DNA of 64,000 nt, from assembly GCF_000189555.1 (NCBI RefSeq), contig NC_017276.1. One strand, written 5' to 3'. This DNA is from Saccharolobus islandicus REY15A. Lineage in GTDB: Archaea; Thermoproteota; Thermoprotei_A; Sulfolobales; Sulfolobaceae. Positions 1 to 11,346 of the stretch are shown here, in pieces. Each line of letters starts with the position of its first letter. The first letter of the stretch is position 1. A program made the position numbers and the translations under genes. The notes beneath the pieces were generated by a model. It was not told the DNA's origin and did not search any database. It saw only the letters and a program-made list of their open reading frames with translations.

Positions 1-2
1 TC

Positions 3-1382
3 CCAAGTAGAAGAATCTGGAAATATTATTACACTACTAATATGATACCAGATTCAATTAGAAGTTATATTGTAATCGACCACGCTACTAACATCAAAAT
101 AGGTACTTTGGATGAAGATTTCGTAGCCTCGTTAGATGAGGAAAGCGTGTTCATTTTAGGAAGCAAGCTATGGAAAGTCGTATCTATTGAAAACGATAGG
201 ATATTCGTAGAAAGAGCTGAACTAAAAAACGGAATATTGCCAAGTTGGTTTGGGGAATCAATTCCGGTTGAGAAAGAGATAGCAAGGAAAGTTTACGAGT
301 ATATTTACATGTTAGAAAAGGGAAAAATAGAAACTGAGGACGATAGTATATCTAAAGTAGTAAGGGAATTCGTAGAAAGAGGATACCCAGAACTAAGACC
401 AGATCTTATCTTAGTTGAAATAGTAAAGAATAACTTAATTATAATTCATTCACCATTTGGTTCAAGAGGGAACAACACACTTGGTGCAATAATTTCAGTT
501 ATGTTAGATGTGGAAAAACAGACCAAAACATCCTATAGGGCAGATCCATATCACATCGCAATATCTTCTGTACTACCAATAACTGAAAATGACATGGAAA
601 AAATAGTCAATACACTAAATTCCTTGCCTATAATTAAAATAGTCGAAATCTTAAAGAGAGGAATAAAGGAAAGTCCGCAATTCAAGTGGAAATTATTAGT
701 GGAAATAAAGAGGTTTGGAATGGTAGATCCAGAAAAGGAAATAACGCTTACATCATCCATTATAAAAGCTTATGGAGATACAATAATCGGAGAAGAGGCA
801 GTTAATGAGCTATTGGTGAAAAATTATGATATAGAAATATTAAAGGAACTCAAAAACTACAGCTGGAAAATAGTTGAGGTTTACGAAGCATCTTCCTTAG
901 CTAGGCAATTTCTTGATAAAATCCTTAATTACACTGTATTTGACAAAGAGGAAAAACCACTTATGATAGAGATCTTCAAGAAGAGACTAGAAAACAAGGA
1001 GTTAAGGCTAATCTGTCTTTCATGTGGATGGAATTCAATTTATTCTATAATCAACTCACCTAACAAATGCACTAAATGCTCCTCAATCTTCTTAACGGCT
1101 ACTAATCCAGATGATAACGATTCTATAAACATAGTGAGAAAAGCGATAAAAGGGGAGAAATTAACAAGTAGGGAAAAAAGACAATTAGAAGACCTAAAGA
1201 GAATTGCCTCCTTCTTCCCAGATTACGGTAAATATACCCTTATAGCATTAGCAACCAATGGAGTGGGACCAAGTAATTTAGGCAAAGTTTTAAGTAAATT
1301 AAGTGAAGGGGAGAATGAATTTTACATGGCCTTAATAGATGAAGAAAAAAGGTTTATAAGAACAAGAAAATACTGGCACTAA
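3..1382 (+). CDS. lhr: Lhr-family ATP-dependent helicase, C-terminal part (5'-truncated by window edge)
   Basis: Frame is open from position 3 ([17 protein letters not shown]...). It has Lhr C-terminal motifs ([32 protein letters not shown]) and a C-terminal CxxC..CxxC Zn finger. Confidence 0.85.
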   Translation, partial: PSRRIWKYYYTTNMIPDSIRSYIVIDHATNIKIGTLDEDFVASLDEESVFILGSKLWKVVSIENDRIFVERAELKNGILPSWFGESIPVEKEIARKVYEYIYMLEKGKIETEDDSISKVVREFVERGYPELRPDLILVEIVKNNLIIIHSPFGSRGNNTLGAIISVMLDVEKQTKTSYRADPYHIAISSVLPITENDMEKIVNTLNSLPIIKIVEILKRGIKESPQFKWKLLVEIKRFGMVDPEKEITLTSSIIKAYGDTIIGEEAVNELLVKNYDIEILKELKNYSWKIVEVYEASSLARQFLDKILNYTVFDKEEKPLMIEIFKKRLENKELRLICLSCGWNSIYSIINSPNKCTKCSSIFLTATNPDDNDSINIVRKAIKGEKLTSREKRQLEDLKRIASFFPDYGKYTLIALATNGVGPSNLGKVLSKLSEGENEFYMALIDEEKRFIRTRKYWH

Positions 1383-1423
1383 TCTTAAATTTAAGCCTCT
1401 TAAAAGTTTTTGTGAGACTAAAA

Positions 1424-1714
1424 ATGCCCGCAATTGAAGTTGGAAGAATTTGTGTAAAAGTAAAGGGAAGAGAAGCTGGAAGCAAATGCGTAATAGTCGA
1501 TATAATAGATGACAACTTCGTATTAGTCACTGGACCAAAAGATATAAGCGGTGTTAAAAGAAGAAGAGTCAACATTCTACATTTAGAACCAACTGATAAG
1601 AAAATAGATATACAGAAAGGAGCCTCAGATGAGGAAGTAAGGAAGAAAATAGAGGAAGCTGGTTTAACAGAGTACATGAAAGAGAGAATAAAGATTAAAA
1701 TACCAACATTGTGA
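1424..1714 (+). CDS. rpl14e: 50S ribosomal protein L14e
   Basis: [35 protein letters not shown] signature; ATG at 1424. Confidence 0.95.
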   Translation: MPAIEVGRICVKVKGREAGSKCVIVDIIDDNFVLVTGPKDISGVKRRRVNILHLEPTDKKIDIQKGASDEEVRKKIEEAGLTEYMKERIKIKIPTL

Positions 1715-1719
1715 TTTAG

Positions 1720-2762
1720 ATGATTCTAAATGATTTTATTTACAAAATAGATAATTTTTGTGGATATAAAAATGAATGGAAGATAAGAAAAGATAGTGAG
1801 ACATCAGATACATACGGATATTATCCAGAGAAAAGACCAATAGACGTACATATAAAAAACTCAATAATAAACCTTGATAAACCTCCCGGACCAACAAGTC
1901 ATGAAGTGGCGTATTGGATTAAAAAGATGTTAAACGTTAACAAAGCGGGACATGGGGGGACCCTGGAGCCCATTTCACTGGGCGGGGTAATCCAAAAGTT
2001 ACCGGCGTATTACCGATAGGAATAGAGAACGCAACTAAAATAATGAATTACATAAGTAAAGGAGGAAAAGAGTACGTATGCGTAATGCAAGTCCACTGTG
2101 AATACGATAAAGAGGAATTGACAAAGATAATAAAATCGTTTGAAGGAGAAATATACCAAAGACCACCAGTTAGATCATCAGTCAAGAGGAGATTGAGAGT
2201 TAGAAGTATATATGATATAGAAATACTTGACATGGACAAGAAATTAGTACTATTCAGAGTAAGTTGTGACTCTGGAACTTACATGAGAAAATTATGCCAT
2301 GACATAGGGATAATTTACGGTTGTGGGGCACACATGAGAGAGTTAAGAAGAACTAGATCAGGGATTTTCACAGAATCTACAAATTTAGTGAAGCTACATA
2401 ACCTTTCTGAAGCAATATACTTATACAAGAACTGCAAGGACGAAACGGAATTGAGAAGAGTACTTATGCCAATGGAATATGCGACATGTGAAATGCCCAA
2501 ACTTATAATAGAGGACTCAGCAGTAAATGCGTTAGCTTACGGTGCACAACTAGCAGTACCCGGTATAGTAGCCTACCAGAACTTCAAAAGAAACGATACA
2601 GTTGCCGTATTAACACTTAAGGGGGAATTAGTAGCGACGGGTAACGCATTAATCGATAGTAAAGAGTTAGAAAACGCCAAAAAGGGTATAGTGGTCAATT
2701 TGAGTAGAGTTTTTATGCAGAGAGATATATATCCGAAAGCATGGAAAAAACATGAGTCATGA
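1720..2762 (+). CDS. cbf5: H/ACA pseudouridine synthase Cbf5, spliced: exons 1720-1966 + 1990-2762 (339 aa)
   Basis: Two out-of-frame ORFs (LDKPPGPTSHEV..GHGGTL and YQRPP..SGTYMRKLC..PUA) join into one frame when 23 nt are removed, restoring the catalytic GHGGTLDPKVTG motif. Confidence 0.95.
1967..1989 (+). other. 23-nt pre-mRNA intron in cbf5 bounded by a bulge-helix-bulge motif
   Basis: Outer helix GGA(1958-60)/UCC(1991-93), central helix CCCU(1961-64)/GGGG(1984-87), bulges GGA(1965-67) and UAA(1988-90), inner helix GCCC/GGGC. Confidence 0.92.
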
Positions 2763-3312
2763 ATACGTGATTTTTGAAGTAATTAATGGTGTACCTCTAA
2801 CCCTTCTCTCCTCCCAGGGGATATTTTCAAAAAAGGAATTAGACTTGGGGACAAGAGTACTTTTAGAAAACATAAAATTAGCGGAGAGCGGAATAGTGGC
2901 AGACGTTGGCTGTGGCTATGGGCCCATAGGAATTTACTTAGCATTAAAAAACCCTAATCTAAAGGTTTACATGGTAGATGTAAACTACATAGCCATAAAG
3001 TTAGCTAAGAAAAATGCCAAATTTAATGGAGTCGAAAATAGGACAATAATATTAAAATCAGACATCTTCGACAATGTTCCCGTTGACGTTAAATTTAACG
3101 CAATTTATTCTAACCCACCGCTTTCTAAAGGAGTGGATTTTCTAAAAAAACTTGAAGACCAATCATATGATAGGCTAGTTGAAAAGGGATTCTTGCAATT
3201 AGTAGCATATAAGGGTGAAGAGAACATAGAGAAAATATTTGGTAAAAGATTTAAAATTGAATCGATAAAGAGAAAAAAAGGGTACTCCTTAATCACAATA
3301 GTTAAAGATTAA
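2752..3312 (+). CDS. Class I SAM-dependent methyltransferase (RsmC/MTS-like)
   Basis: SSQGIFSKKELDLGTRVL, VADVGCGYGPIG and NPP motifs. Confidence 0.85.
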   Translation: MSHEYVIFEVINGVPLTLLSSQGIFSKKELDLGTRVLLENIKLAESGIVADVGCGYGPIGIYLALKNPNLKVYMVDVNYIAIKLAKKNAKFNGVENRTIILKSDIFDNVPVDVKFNAIYSNPPLSKGVDFLKKLEDQSYDRLVEKGFLQLVAYKGEENIEKIFGKRFKIESIKRKKGYSLITIVKD

Positions 3313-3336
3313 AGCTATAATGTAAAACTATAATTT

Positions 3337-3421
3337 GCCGGGGTGCCCGAGTGGTCCAAGGGGCTGGCCTTGAGAGCCAGTAGGCGTAAAGCCTGCGCGG
3401 GTTCAAATCCCGTCCCCGGCG
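3337..3421 (+). tRNA. tRNA-Ser (anticodon TGA), long variable arm
   Basis: Acceptor GCCGGGG/CCCCGGC, anticodon stem CTGGC/GCCAG with loop CT-TGA-GA, GTTCAAATCC T-loop. Confidence 0.97.
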
Positions 3422-3472
3422 TATAATTATTTCTATGTTGTAAAATATTCGTCCATTCATTATACTAATTAG

Positions 3473-5653
3473 TCACGAATATGTTCTTAACAAAACTTCT
3501 AAACCTTGCTTAACCCTTTCTTCAACTTCCCTACTACTCAAACCTAACATTAAACCAGCATGATACCAACTTTTACCTTGTAAAACCCTAGCAACTAAAG
3601 AAGCCTCAGCTTCGATATTCAGATTCACTTTAAGTTCCAAAAAGTGCTTAGTGATTAAAAAATGCGCAGCCTCAGCAATAACATTATAAGGTACCTTACC
3701 TTCTATATAAGCCTTGATCTTATTAACATATAAGTCCGGTACTTCTCCCTCTCTCCTTTCACTATAAGTATTTCTCATTAACAAAGCGATAAGTTGAGGG
3801 TTCAAATTATAATAAACTTGGTGAGAAGTCCTCAGTAACTTATCCTTCAATAAACTGGAAAGCTTTACAACAAACCCCTTACTTTTTTCGCTCAATGCCC
3901 TAATTACAATAACAGAGTAACCGTTAAGCTCCTCGTTCTTAATAGAGGATAAGTAGACTGGAGTAAATCCATTCTTAATCCAAAAGCGTAAAACGGAATA
4001 ATCTGCAACAAAGGAAGACCCTACCCAATCCACTCCCTTTGCCATCTTAATAACCTCTTCAATAATTCTACTTCCTATACCCTTACCTTGATTTTCCGGA
4101 GAAACGGCAATCCTCATTATCCTCCAACCTTTCAACTTACCGAAATCAAATGCCCTCATGTACTTTATGAGCCTATGGGGAATCAAATGCCCCTCATTCT
4201 TTAAACCATTTGAAATATCCTCTATTTGCCTTTCAGTAAGATCTCCCTCAGAAACAACTTGGCAAACAGCAATTGGTTTCTCAGACGAATAACCAACTAC
4301 AATCTTTTGAAACGCCATGTCACCTAAAAGCATCAAATCGTCCGGAGAATTCCTATAATGAGCAGTAACCAGTATTCCATAAACACTCTTTAGCAAATTA
4401 TTATTTTGAAATAACTCCTCTTGAGAGACATCTTCTATTTTCAGCTCTCCATTATGCATAACCTCAGCAGGTTCAGCATCAAGTAGGAATACATCAAACA
4501 TAAACTTCTCTATGGGGTCACCCTTAGCATATCTAATGGGATAATCCATCTTTATGTGCTTCAAAAGAACCTTACTCTTTAATCTATCAACGTACTTTAA
4601 AAACGCCTTACCAGAACCCTCATAGCCGTGAACAGTTGTAACCAAAATCACCTTATCCCAGCCTTGTAAAGTATAATCCAAAAACTCCATACCAATGGCA
4701 GCAGCTTCGTCTACAACTATTAGATCACCCTCCTCATTTCTAGCCAAGTCAGGGGAAACCCACTTTACTCTGGATTCACCAGTAGTTATCTTCATTATCT
4801 TACCATCCTTTGAGGTAGTTAGTTTATACTTGACATTTAGAGCATCTAATCCTTTAATTACGAAGTTGAATATCTCTTGTGAAGAGTAATATGTTGGGGA
4901 AGTCACAAGGATATTACCGAACTTTTCCTCAGTCATTAGATAAGATAGAAACAAACCTATAGATGCACTCTTACCCCTACCCCTAGCAGCAGTTACTACT
5001 AGAACCCTTTTCCCTGGGCTAGTGATGAACAGGGACTCCTCAAGAACCTTGTTCTGATCAGAGGATAGACAAAGCTCATGAAGCTGCATTGGAACTTTAG
5101 GGCTTTTAGGAATTTTCTTATGAGATTTGTGAGTTTCATTGGAGGAGTATGGAGTAAAGGTTAACCTATCCCCTTGCAAGAAAATTATACCCCTATACCT
5201 CTTTGCCAGTTCCATAAACCTCCTTTCAAATAAGTCTTTTACAACACCATCCCTAGTCAAAGACTCCTTATACAACTTACCCCTTAAAATGTCATCACTA
5301 TAAATTATTGCCATACCTCCTCCCTTGGTCATGTCTACGAATCTAGCTATGTAGTTAGGCCTAAAATCACCTATTGCATCTAATATTACCAAATCAACAC
5401 TTTGCCCAAGATATTTCTCTGAATTTGAATAATCTATGTCAAGAAAATTTTCAAATTTCTTCCTAAATTCAATCATTCTATCCTTTGAATTATCAAGCCA
5501 TGGATGAAAACCATATATAACCCTTGGATTCTTATTGACTTTTAAATATTCCTCAACCAGCGAATTGACCTTCTCTAGATAATCTTGGGATTCAATTATT
5601 GCTAAGTGCCTATAATAACCATTTACCGCGTCCATGAAATAGCTTTGAAACAT
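3473..5653 (-). CDS. tmcA: tRNA/RNA cytidine N4-acetyltransferase TmcA (Nat10 homologue)
   Basis: Helicase-like ARGRGKS, VDEAAAI and [45 protein letters not shown]. Start moved to ATG 5653 because the longer ORF runs into tRNA-Gly. Confidence 0.93.
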   Translation of the reverse strand: MFQSYFMDAVNGYYRHLAIIESQDYLEKVNSLVEEYLKVNKNPRVIYGFHPWLDNSKDRMIEFRKKFENFLDIDYSNSEKYLGQSVDLVILDAIGDFRPNYIARFVDMTKGGGMAIIYSDDILRGKLYKESLTRDGVVKDLFERRFMELAKRYRGIIFLQGDRLTFTPYSSNETHKSHKKIPKSPKVPMQLHELCLSSDQNKVLEESLFITSPGKRVLVVTAARGRGKSASIGLFLSYLMTEEKFGNILVTSPTYYSSQEIFNFVIKGLDALNVKYKLTTSKDGKIMKITTGESRVKWVSPDLARNEEGDLIVVDEAAAIGMEFLDYTLQGWDKVILVTTVHGYEGSGKAFLKYVDRLKSKVLLKHIKMDYPIRYAKGDPIEKFMFDVFLLDAEPAEVMHNGELKIEDVSQEELFQNNNLLKSVYGILVTAHYRNSPDDLMLLGDMAFQKIVVGYSSEKPIAVCQVVSEGDLTERQIEDISNGLKNEGHLIPHRLIKYMRAFDFGKLKGWRIMRIAVSPENQGKGIGSRIIEEVIKMAKGVDWVGSSFVADYSVLRFWIKNGFTPVYLSSIKNEELNGYSVIVIRALSEKSKGFVVKLSSLLKDKLLRTSHQVYYNLNPQLIALLMRNTYSERREGEVPDLYVNKIKAYIEGKVPYNVIAEAAHFLITKHFLELKVNLNIEAEASLVARVLQGKSWYHAGLMLGLSSREVEERVKQGLEVLLRTYS

Positions 5654-5664
5654 TTTCACCACAT

Positions 5665-5746
<82 letters not shown>

Positions 5747-5805
5747 ACTGTATAATTATGAGAATGGGAAGGTATTTATTTTTTTCTTCAAACCAATAGC
5801 TCCTT

Positions 5806-5851
5806 AAAAAAGAAAAGGGAAAAAAGAGAAAACATTCTTTTAAAAAAAAAA
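5806..5851 (-). terminator. Oligo-U terminator tracts downstream of slaB
   Basis: A10 run at 5842-5851 and further A tracts on the + strand, just after the slaB stop. Confidence 0.6.
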
Positions 5852-5859
5852 TAATTAAC

Positions 5860-7053
5860 TTAACTTATTCTCCTCATGACTAGCACTATTGCTACTATGG
5901 CAACAATTAGACCAATTATCCCAGCTATTATTCCACCATAAGCTACAGTAGTTAAACTACTAACAGTAGCCTTCAAGCTAGCAACTTCTCCACTTAAATT
6001 ATTAAGACTTGTGCTCAAATTACCAATCTTAGCATTTAGTGCTGTAACTTGATTATTTAAAGTAGTATATTGTGAAGATAGTGAAGCAAGCTGATTACTT
6101 AGCGAAACTACAGTGCTATTCAACTTTCCTATTTCAGTATTCAAGTTGGAAATCTCGCCCTGTAAAGTAGATATTTGCGTATTTGCATTAGCTAAGCTCT
6201 TGTTTAAGCTGGTTATAGTAGCATTTAATGATGAAATTTCAACCTTTAACGTTTTGACTTGAGTATTTAAAGCATTAATTACACTAAGATAGTTTGGAAT
6301 TGCAGTTATAAATACATTATAAGTAACAGTGTGGGTACCATAAGATATCGTCAAGCTCCCACTAATCAAGTAAGACGATATTAGAGTTAAACTGGTTGAC
6401 AATTGAGGAACTTGGAAACTCAGCATGAATGATCCATTCGCAGCGGTAGTGGTAGTGAATGTCTCAGTCCCGACACTTGGTATATTAAGAGTTAAGGAAA
6501 CTTTTGCCCCTGATAATGGAGCCACAGTTGTATTATACACATAACCCATAACATTCACAGTCCCGTTCTGCATTACCACTGAAGTTATTATACCGTTAGC
6601 CAATTCTATAAACTGTGGGTAACTATTTTCATACATTGCCAAGTTTTGTAAAGTTAATATTATTGGAGCTATTGCGGGAGTTGTAACATTAACATTAATA
6701 GTACCTACGGCAACACCACCAGCAACTTCTACGGTAATCTGCCAAATTCCAATTACATTAGTGAATGTATACGCATTTGGTACGTAAATTCCACCCGAAG
6801 CATTAACTTTGGTAGGAATGCTTGCAGCTAAGGTTGAATTAGGATAGAATAAATTTATGACGGCACCTTGCCCAGCAAATTGAGTAGGAACAACTGCATC
6901 TATCGTCACTGATTTTCCAACATAGTAAATCTGATTATTTACACTAGGACTATAAAAAGTAACGTTACCAGATGTATAAACTGCAGTACTCACTAGTGCT
7001 ACAACTGAAATTAATATCAAGGTAGATAAAACGAATGTTTTTTTCATAACCAT
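5860..7053 (-). CDS. slaB: S-layer membrane-anchor (stalk) protein SlaB
   Basis: Signal peptide, beta-rich N-terminus, long heptad coiled coil (LNATITSLNKSLANANTQISTL...), C-terminal TM helix; directly downstream of slaA; SD GAGGTGA at 7055-7061. Confidence 0.92.
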   Translation of the reverse strand: MVMKKTFVLSTLILISVVALVSTAVYTSGNVTFYSPSVNNQIYYVGKSVTIDAVVPTQFAGQGAVINLFYPNSTLAASIPTKVNASGGIYVPNAYTFTNVIGIWQITVEVAGGVAVGTINVNVTTPAIAPIILTLQNLAMYENSYPQFIELANGIITSVVMQNGTVNVMGYVYNTTVAPLSGAKVSLTLNIPSVGTETFTTTTAANGSFMLSFQVPQLSTSLTLISSYLISGSLTISYGTHTVTYNVFITAIPNYLSVINALNTQVKTLKVEISSLNATITSLNKSLANANTQISTLQGEISNLNTEIGKLNSTVVSLSNQLASLSSQYTTLNNQVTALNAKIGNLSTSLNNLSGEVASLKATVSSLTTVAYGGIIAGIIGLIVAIVAIVLVMRRIS

Positions 7054-7078
7054 TTCACCTCAAATATATGGTAAAGAG

Positions 7079-7090
7079 AAAAAAATAAAA
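7079..7090 (-). terminator. U-rich tract between slaA and slaB (candidate partial terminator)
   Basis: TTTTATTTTTTT on the minus strand just after the slaA stop. Confidence 0.5.
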
Positions 7091-7095
7091 ACCTT

Positions 7096-10000
7096 TTAAC
7101 TTGAAACAGCCGTCACGTTGGTATACACTAAGAATGTTGGGTATAGAGATATTGCTGGACCACCAGCAAATGGTACTGCAAACATTACTACTGTATGGGG
7201 CTCACTTGGACTTGACAAGCTTATGAACTGATATGATTGAACTGGTACTTGTAACACTACACCAGGACCTAAGGATGGCGAGTATACTGTCTGGAATGCT
7301 GGAGTACCGGGTACTGGAGTGCCAGTAGTTACGTTATAACCTAAGAATGATACAGTTTCTATATAGAATGGATATGGATAGGGTATAACGCTTGTCGCAG
7401 ATAACACTATGTACTGACTAGTTGGACTTAAGACTAATGGGGTACTGTAGTAGTAGAATACCTTGTATTGAGCTGTCTGGGGTATCGACATGCCTAATGG
7501 GGCTAATCTAATTGGGGTGTTGTTAAATGCACCTAACGTAGTTTGCCCACTTACAGTCGCTTTAGTTACTGGATCTTGTACAGTGAATGTTACATTAGAC
7601 GCTAATGGTAAAGCAGTATATGGACCGAAGTGATATCCAGCATAGGTGTATAGATTAGCAGTTCCCACTGAAACCTTATGAGATCCTAAAATTATATACA
7701 TTGTTCCATTTGGACTGCTTAATGAACCAGCTGCTACATATAAGTTTACCACTGGTCCATAATAGACACCATATGTTGAAGTCTGTGATAGCGTGGATAT
7801 TAGATTACCACCATAAGACGCTACAAACATTCCGTTCATGTATACTATAGTACTTGCATTACTTGGGTTATACATAACCGTTACAGTAGCATACTTACTA
7901 ACTATATTAACGCCGGTTACTTGTATTTGTGTAATACTCGCGTTAGCTGCATTTATGTCAAGCACTTTAGCACTTGGCTGTTGTACTACTGCATAGCTTA
8001 TCTCAACTGGAATACCAGTTGTAGCGTTAACATATTTAGCAGTTAATATCCATTCAACTGAGCCTGGAGTAGTTGGTGGCATTACGTAGAATTGACCTAC
8101 TACTAGCAAGGTCTTGTTTGTCACATAGGCTCCACTAATAACATCATGATAGGTTACGTATAAGTAACTTCCATTCAAAGCTGCTGGATTTGGTAGACCT
8201 AATAGCGAAGCTAGTGCAGATATGTTGAATAACGTAGTTTCAAATAATGGACTGCACTGAGATACTTCGCCTAAGTTTGCTGATACTAGTAATTTACTAA
8301 CATTTAATGGCGACAATAGTATTGACTCATTCATTCCGCTTAACTGTACAGTAATCGCAGTAATATTTCCAACATTGAATCCATTCTCAATAGCCTCGAT
8401 TACACCACTTTGTGGGCCTATACTTATACTGCTGTAGAATACGTAATATGGATCATAAATTCCGAATGGCATATATAGTTTCCCGACTGGGAACACTTGT
8501 GGCATTACTAATTCTGGAGTAACATTTGTAAACGTTAGGGTTACATTATTAGTTTGATATTGTCCAGTGCTTGAATAGTAGTAGAAAGCTGCATAGTCTG
8601 GGCTTACATACCATATTACAATCTTGGTGTTCAGTATATACTTTAATGGCATATATACAGTTATTACATATGTTGGAGTTGAAGTGTTGTATATAACGTT
8701 TGTTGTAACGGTGTAACCAAACCCTGGCTCGAACTTAAAGTCAACAGGATAATATCCAGTTGGAGGAGAGTTATAGGTTAACGCTACAGTCTCTCCGTTT
8801 AGCGTAACAGTAGTAGTTATAGGAGCTGTTGTTGCATTGGGTAGTGGACCTACCATTTCACTCTTTATCAACTTAGTACCATTATAAATGGCAACATGTA
8901 GACCAGCATTGCTCATTAAGTCGTAAGGTCCCATAACAGTAGCGTTGTTAGCATTCGAATTGGCTGTGGAAGTCTGTAATACAGATCCGGCATCACTTAT
9001 TTGTGCTAACGTGTACATGTTATCACATGTCAAACCAACTAATGGAGTTTTAGGTACCGTGAAGAAGCTTGGAAGTGCAATATAAGCTCTGAATGAACCT
9101 AGTAAAATTGAAGTACCGTGATAGTCAACACCAGTTACAGTTACGGTTGTCGATGGACCCCATATGTGGAACGTTACTAGATATATATAGCCTAATCTCT
9201 CAACAATGAATTTTAATGGCATTAAGACAGTGAAGGATAGTGATGTTCCAGTTATTGTTGTCGTAGATTCACCATAGTTAAAGTAAGATACTAAAGGCAT
9301 CATAGAGGCTAAAGTTAAGTTACCTACGAATTGTTGACCATTAGTTGCACTAGCTAATTCCTTTAAAGTACTCGAACTCAATGGATACAATTCAGCTTCT
9401 TTCACTGAGCCGTATATTAGATAGTTACCTCCTGACTTATTGAAACTACCAGTTATGGTGAACATTAATACTACTTGCGGGAAGCCAGTGTTTATGGATA
9501 CTCCGTTATAGATCACTGTCGCACTGTTATTAACTCCTAAGCTTATTGGAACTATCGGAGCAAGGAAGAAAGTAAAACTGGCTTTCTGTCCAGTACTACT
9601 GAAGAAGAAGTTTATGGTACCATTAAATATGTTTGCAGCTAACGATGCGCTACCGTTTTGATAAATATAGGCATTAAATCCAGCACCTAGTCTGCTTGAG
9701 AAGGTATAGTTACCTGGTGGTGTTACATTGAAGTTTGGAGACGTGAAAATTTTAGTACCGGTCTGTAAGGTTAGCGTTACGTTCTCATTTGCGGTAACGT
9801 TCGTTTGTGCATTGATCATTAGTATTGAACTTTTAGTAGGCGCAGCAGAATACAATATTGTACTATTTAATGGGAAGTATTGTTCAAACGGTGGCGCTTG
9901 GAAGTTGGCTGTTGGCTCGGAAGCACCACTCTGGGTATATGTTGTATTAGCTATCACAAGCCAGTACATTAATGCTGGAGCTAACGAGGAGTAGGTTAAG

Positions 10001-10785
10001 GTAAAGTTAAATGGTGAAGTTGTAGTTGTAATGAAGTTATCGTAAACAGCTACGGTTATGTTACTTCTACCAACTGCGTAGTTAACACCTGGTAGCATTT
10101 TTGAGTTAGCGTAGTACAATGGATTTAATAATGTACCTACCAGTTTCACAGTTGGGGATATGGTTATAGTGTAAGTAACACCTGCATAAGTAAATTCTAG
10201 TTTAGTACCTACTGGTAATGTTGCTAGACTAGTATATTTTCCACCAGTCGCATTGGAAATTAAACTTGGTAAGCTTAGTTCATTCATATATTGATTAACC
10301 GACACGCTTCCATTGGTATAGTTATAAATCTTATAGCTTGCTGAAGGAGTCACACCAATACTTTGCTCATAACTATATGCTAATTCTTTAGAAGAACCAG
10401 CGGTATTTAATAATAGAACTACGGAATTGTGAGCTAAGTCAAAATATCCATATTTTCCATAATTCTTGGGACCTAATACTATTGGTCCATAAGAGGTACC
10501 GTTTGGTAATACTAAGGTAAACTGTGTTGCACTTAAAGTATAGTTAATTGCCAGACCATAATTAAACGCAGTTGCTTGGGCAGCGATTGTAGCGTTTGAT
10601 GTAGAGTTCAAGAATAGATTAATTACTATATTAGAAGTATTAGTTACACTAGTAGTACTAGGTATTGTATATATTGCCGCATCATTAGAGTTGGCAGCTT
10701 GTGTCGGTATTATAAATCCAGTTATTATCCCTAAAGTAGATAGGAGGAATACAGAGGTTAAGATTAGACCTAGGGTTTTATTCAT
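7096..10785 (-). CDS. slaA: S-layer outer canopy protein SlaA (1229 aa)
   Basis: Signal peptide, many N-x-S/T sequons, Thr/Ser/Asn/Tyr-rich, no C-terminal TM; size and synteny with slaB fit Sulfolobales SlaA. Confidence 0.9.
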   Translation of the reverse strand: MNKTLGLILTSVFLLSTLGIITGFIIPTQAANSNDAAIYTIPSTTSVTNTSNIVINLFLNSTSNATIAAQATAFNYGLAINYTLSATQFTLVLPNGTSYGPIVLGPKNYGKYGYFDLAHNSVVLLLNTAGSSKELAYSYEQSIGVTPSASYKIYNYTNGSVSVNQYMNELSLPSLISNATGGKYTSLATLPVGTKLEFTYAGVTYTITISPTVKLVGTLLNPLYYANSKMLPGVNYAVGRSNITVAVYDNFITTTTSPFNFTLTYSSLAPALMYWLVIANTTYTQSGASEPTANFQAPPFEQYFPLNSTILYSAAPTKSSILMINAQTNVTANENVTLTLQTGTKIFTSPNFNVTPPGNYTFSSRLGAGFNAYIYQNGSASLAANIFNGTINFFFSSTGQKASFTFFLAPIVPISLGVNNSATVIYNGVSINTGFPQVVLMFTITGSFNKSGGNYLIYGSVKEAELYPLSSSTLKELASATNGQQFVGNLTLASMMPLVSYFNYGESTTTITGTSLSFTVLMPLKFIVERLGYIYLVTFHIWGPSTTVTVTGVDYHGTSILLGSFRAYIALPSFFTVPKTPLVGLTCDNMYTLAQISDAGSVLQTSTANSNANNATVMGPYDLMSNAGLHVAIYNGTKLIKSEMVGPLPNATTAPITTTVTLNGETVALTYNSPPTGYYPVDFKFEPGFGYTVTTNVIYNTSTPTYVITVYMPLKYILNTKIVIWYVSPDYAAFYYYSSTGQYQTNNVTLTFTNVTPELVMPQVFPVGKLYMPFGIYDPYYVFYSSISIGPQSGVIEAIENGFNVGNITAITVQLSGMNESILLSPLNVSKLLVSANLGEVSQCSPLFETTLFNISALASLLGLPNPAALNGSYLYVTYHDVISGAYVTNKTLLVVGQFYVMPPTTPGSVEWILTAKYVNATTGIPVEISYAVVQQPSAKVLDINAANASITQIQVTGVNIVSKYATVTVMYNPSNASTIVYMNGMFVASYGGNLISTLSQTSTYGVYYGPVVNLYVAAGSLSSPNGTMYIILGSHKVSVGTANLYTYAGYHFGPYTALPLASNVTFTVQDPVTKATVSGQTTLGAFNNTPIRLAPLGMSIPQTAQYKVFYYYSTPLVLSPTSQYIVLSATSVIPYPYPFYIETVSFLGYNVTTGTPVPGTPAFQTVYSPSLGPGVVLQVPVQSYQFISLSSPSEPHTVVMFAVPFAGGPAISLYPTFLVYTNVTAVSS

Positions 10786-10817
10786 ACTACCTCTGGTAGT
10801 GGAATAAGCAAAAATAC

Positions 10818-10830
10818 TTTATAAAGCTTT
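10818..10830 (-). promoter_or_regulatory. BRE/TATA promoter of slaAB
   Basis: AAAGCTTTATAAA on the minus strand about 33-45 nt upstream of the ATG; GAGGT SD immediately before the ATG. Confidence 0.65.
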
Positions 10831-10913
10831 GTATACGGATTGAATTTAGCACAAAATAAGCAGAGTTAAATTCGTTTTTGGACTGGTGAATCTTCGCCAT
10901 CGACTTTCGATTC

Positions 10914-10995
10914 CACAACTGAGTAGGGCATTAGCCCATATATTCACATCGTGCTATATAAATCTTTTTAACACAACTGAGTAGGGCATTAGCCC
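10914..10995. repeat. Two exact 24-nt direct repeats CACAACTGAGTAGGGCATTAGCCC (10914-10937, 10972-10995) with a 34-nt spacer
   Basis: Read directly from the sequence; each copy contains the inverted repeat GGGC-ATTA-GCCC. Confidence 0.95.
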
Positions 10996-11039
10996 CGTGC
11001 TTAAAAGCTTAAATGGTCAGAAAGGGGCATAGTTTAAAT

Positions 11040-11290
<251 letters not shown>

Positions 11291-11346
11291 ACTGGTTAAG
11301 AATTTTTATTTAGACTAAATAAAGTTTATGCGATTGGATAGGAAAA

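Noticed and set aside
1720-2762. cbf5 as a frameshifted pseudogene or sequencing error
   Set aside because: A perfect BHB and exact restoration of the catalytic motif explain the break as an intron.
10914-10995. CRISPR array call for the repeat-spacer-repeat
   Set aside because: Only two units, the repeat is unlike Sulfolobales CRISPR repeats, there is no leader or cas gene, and the spacer looks like a promoter. Kept as a repeat finding.
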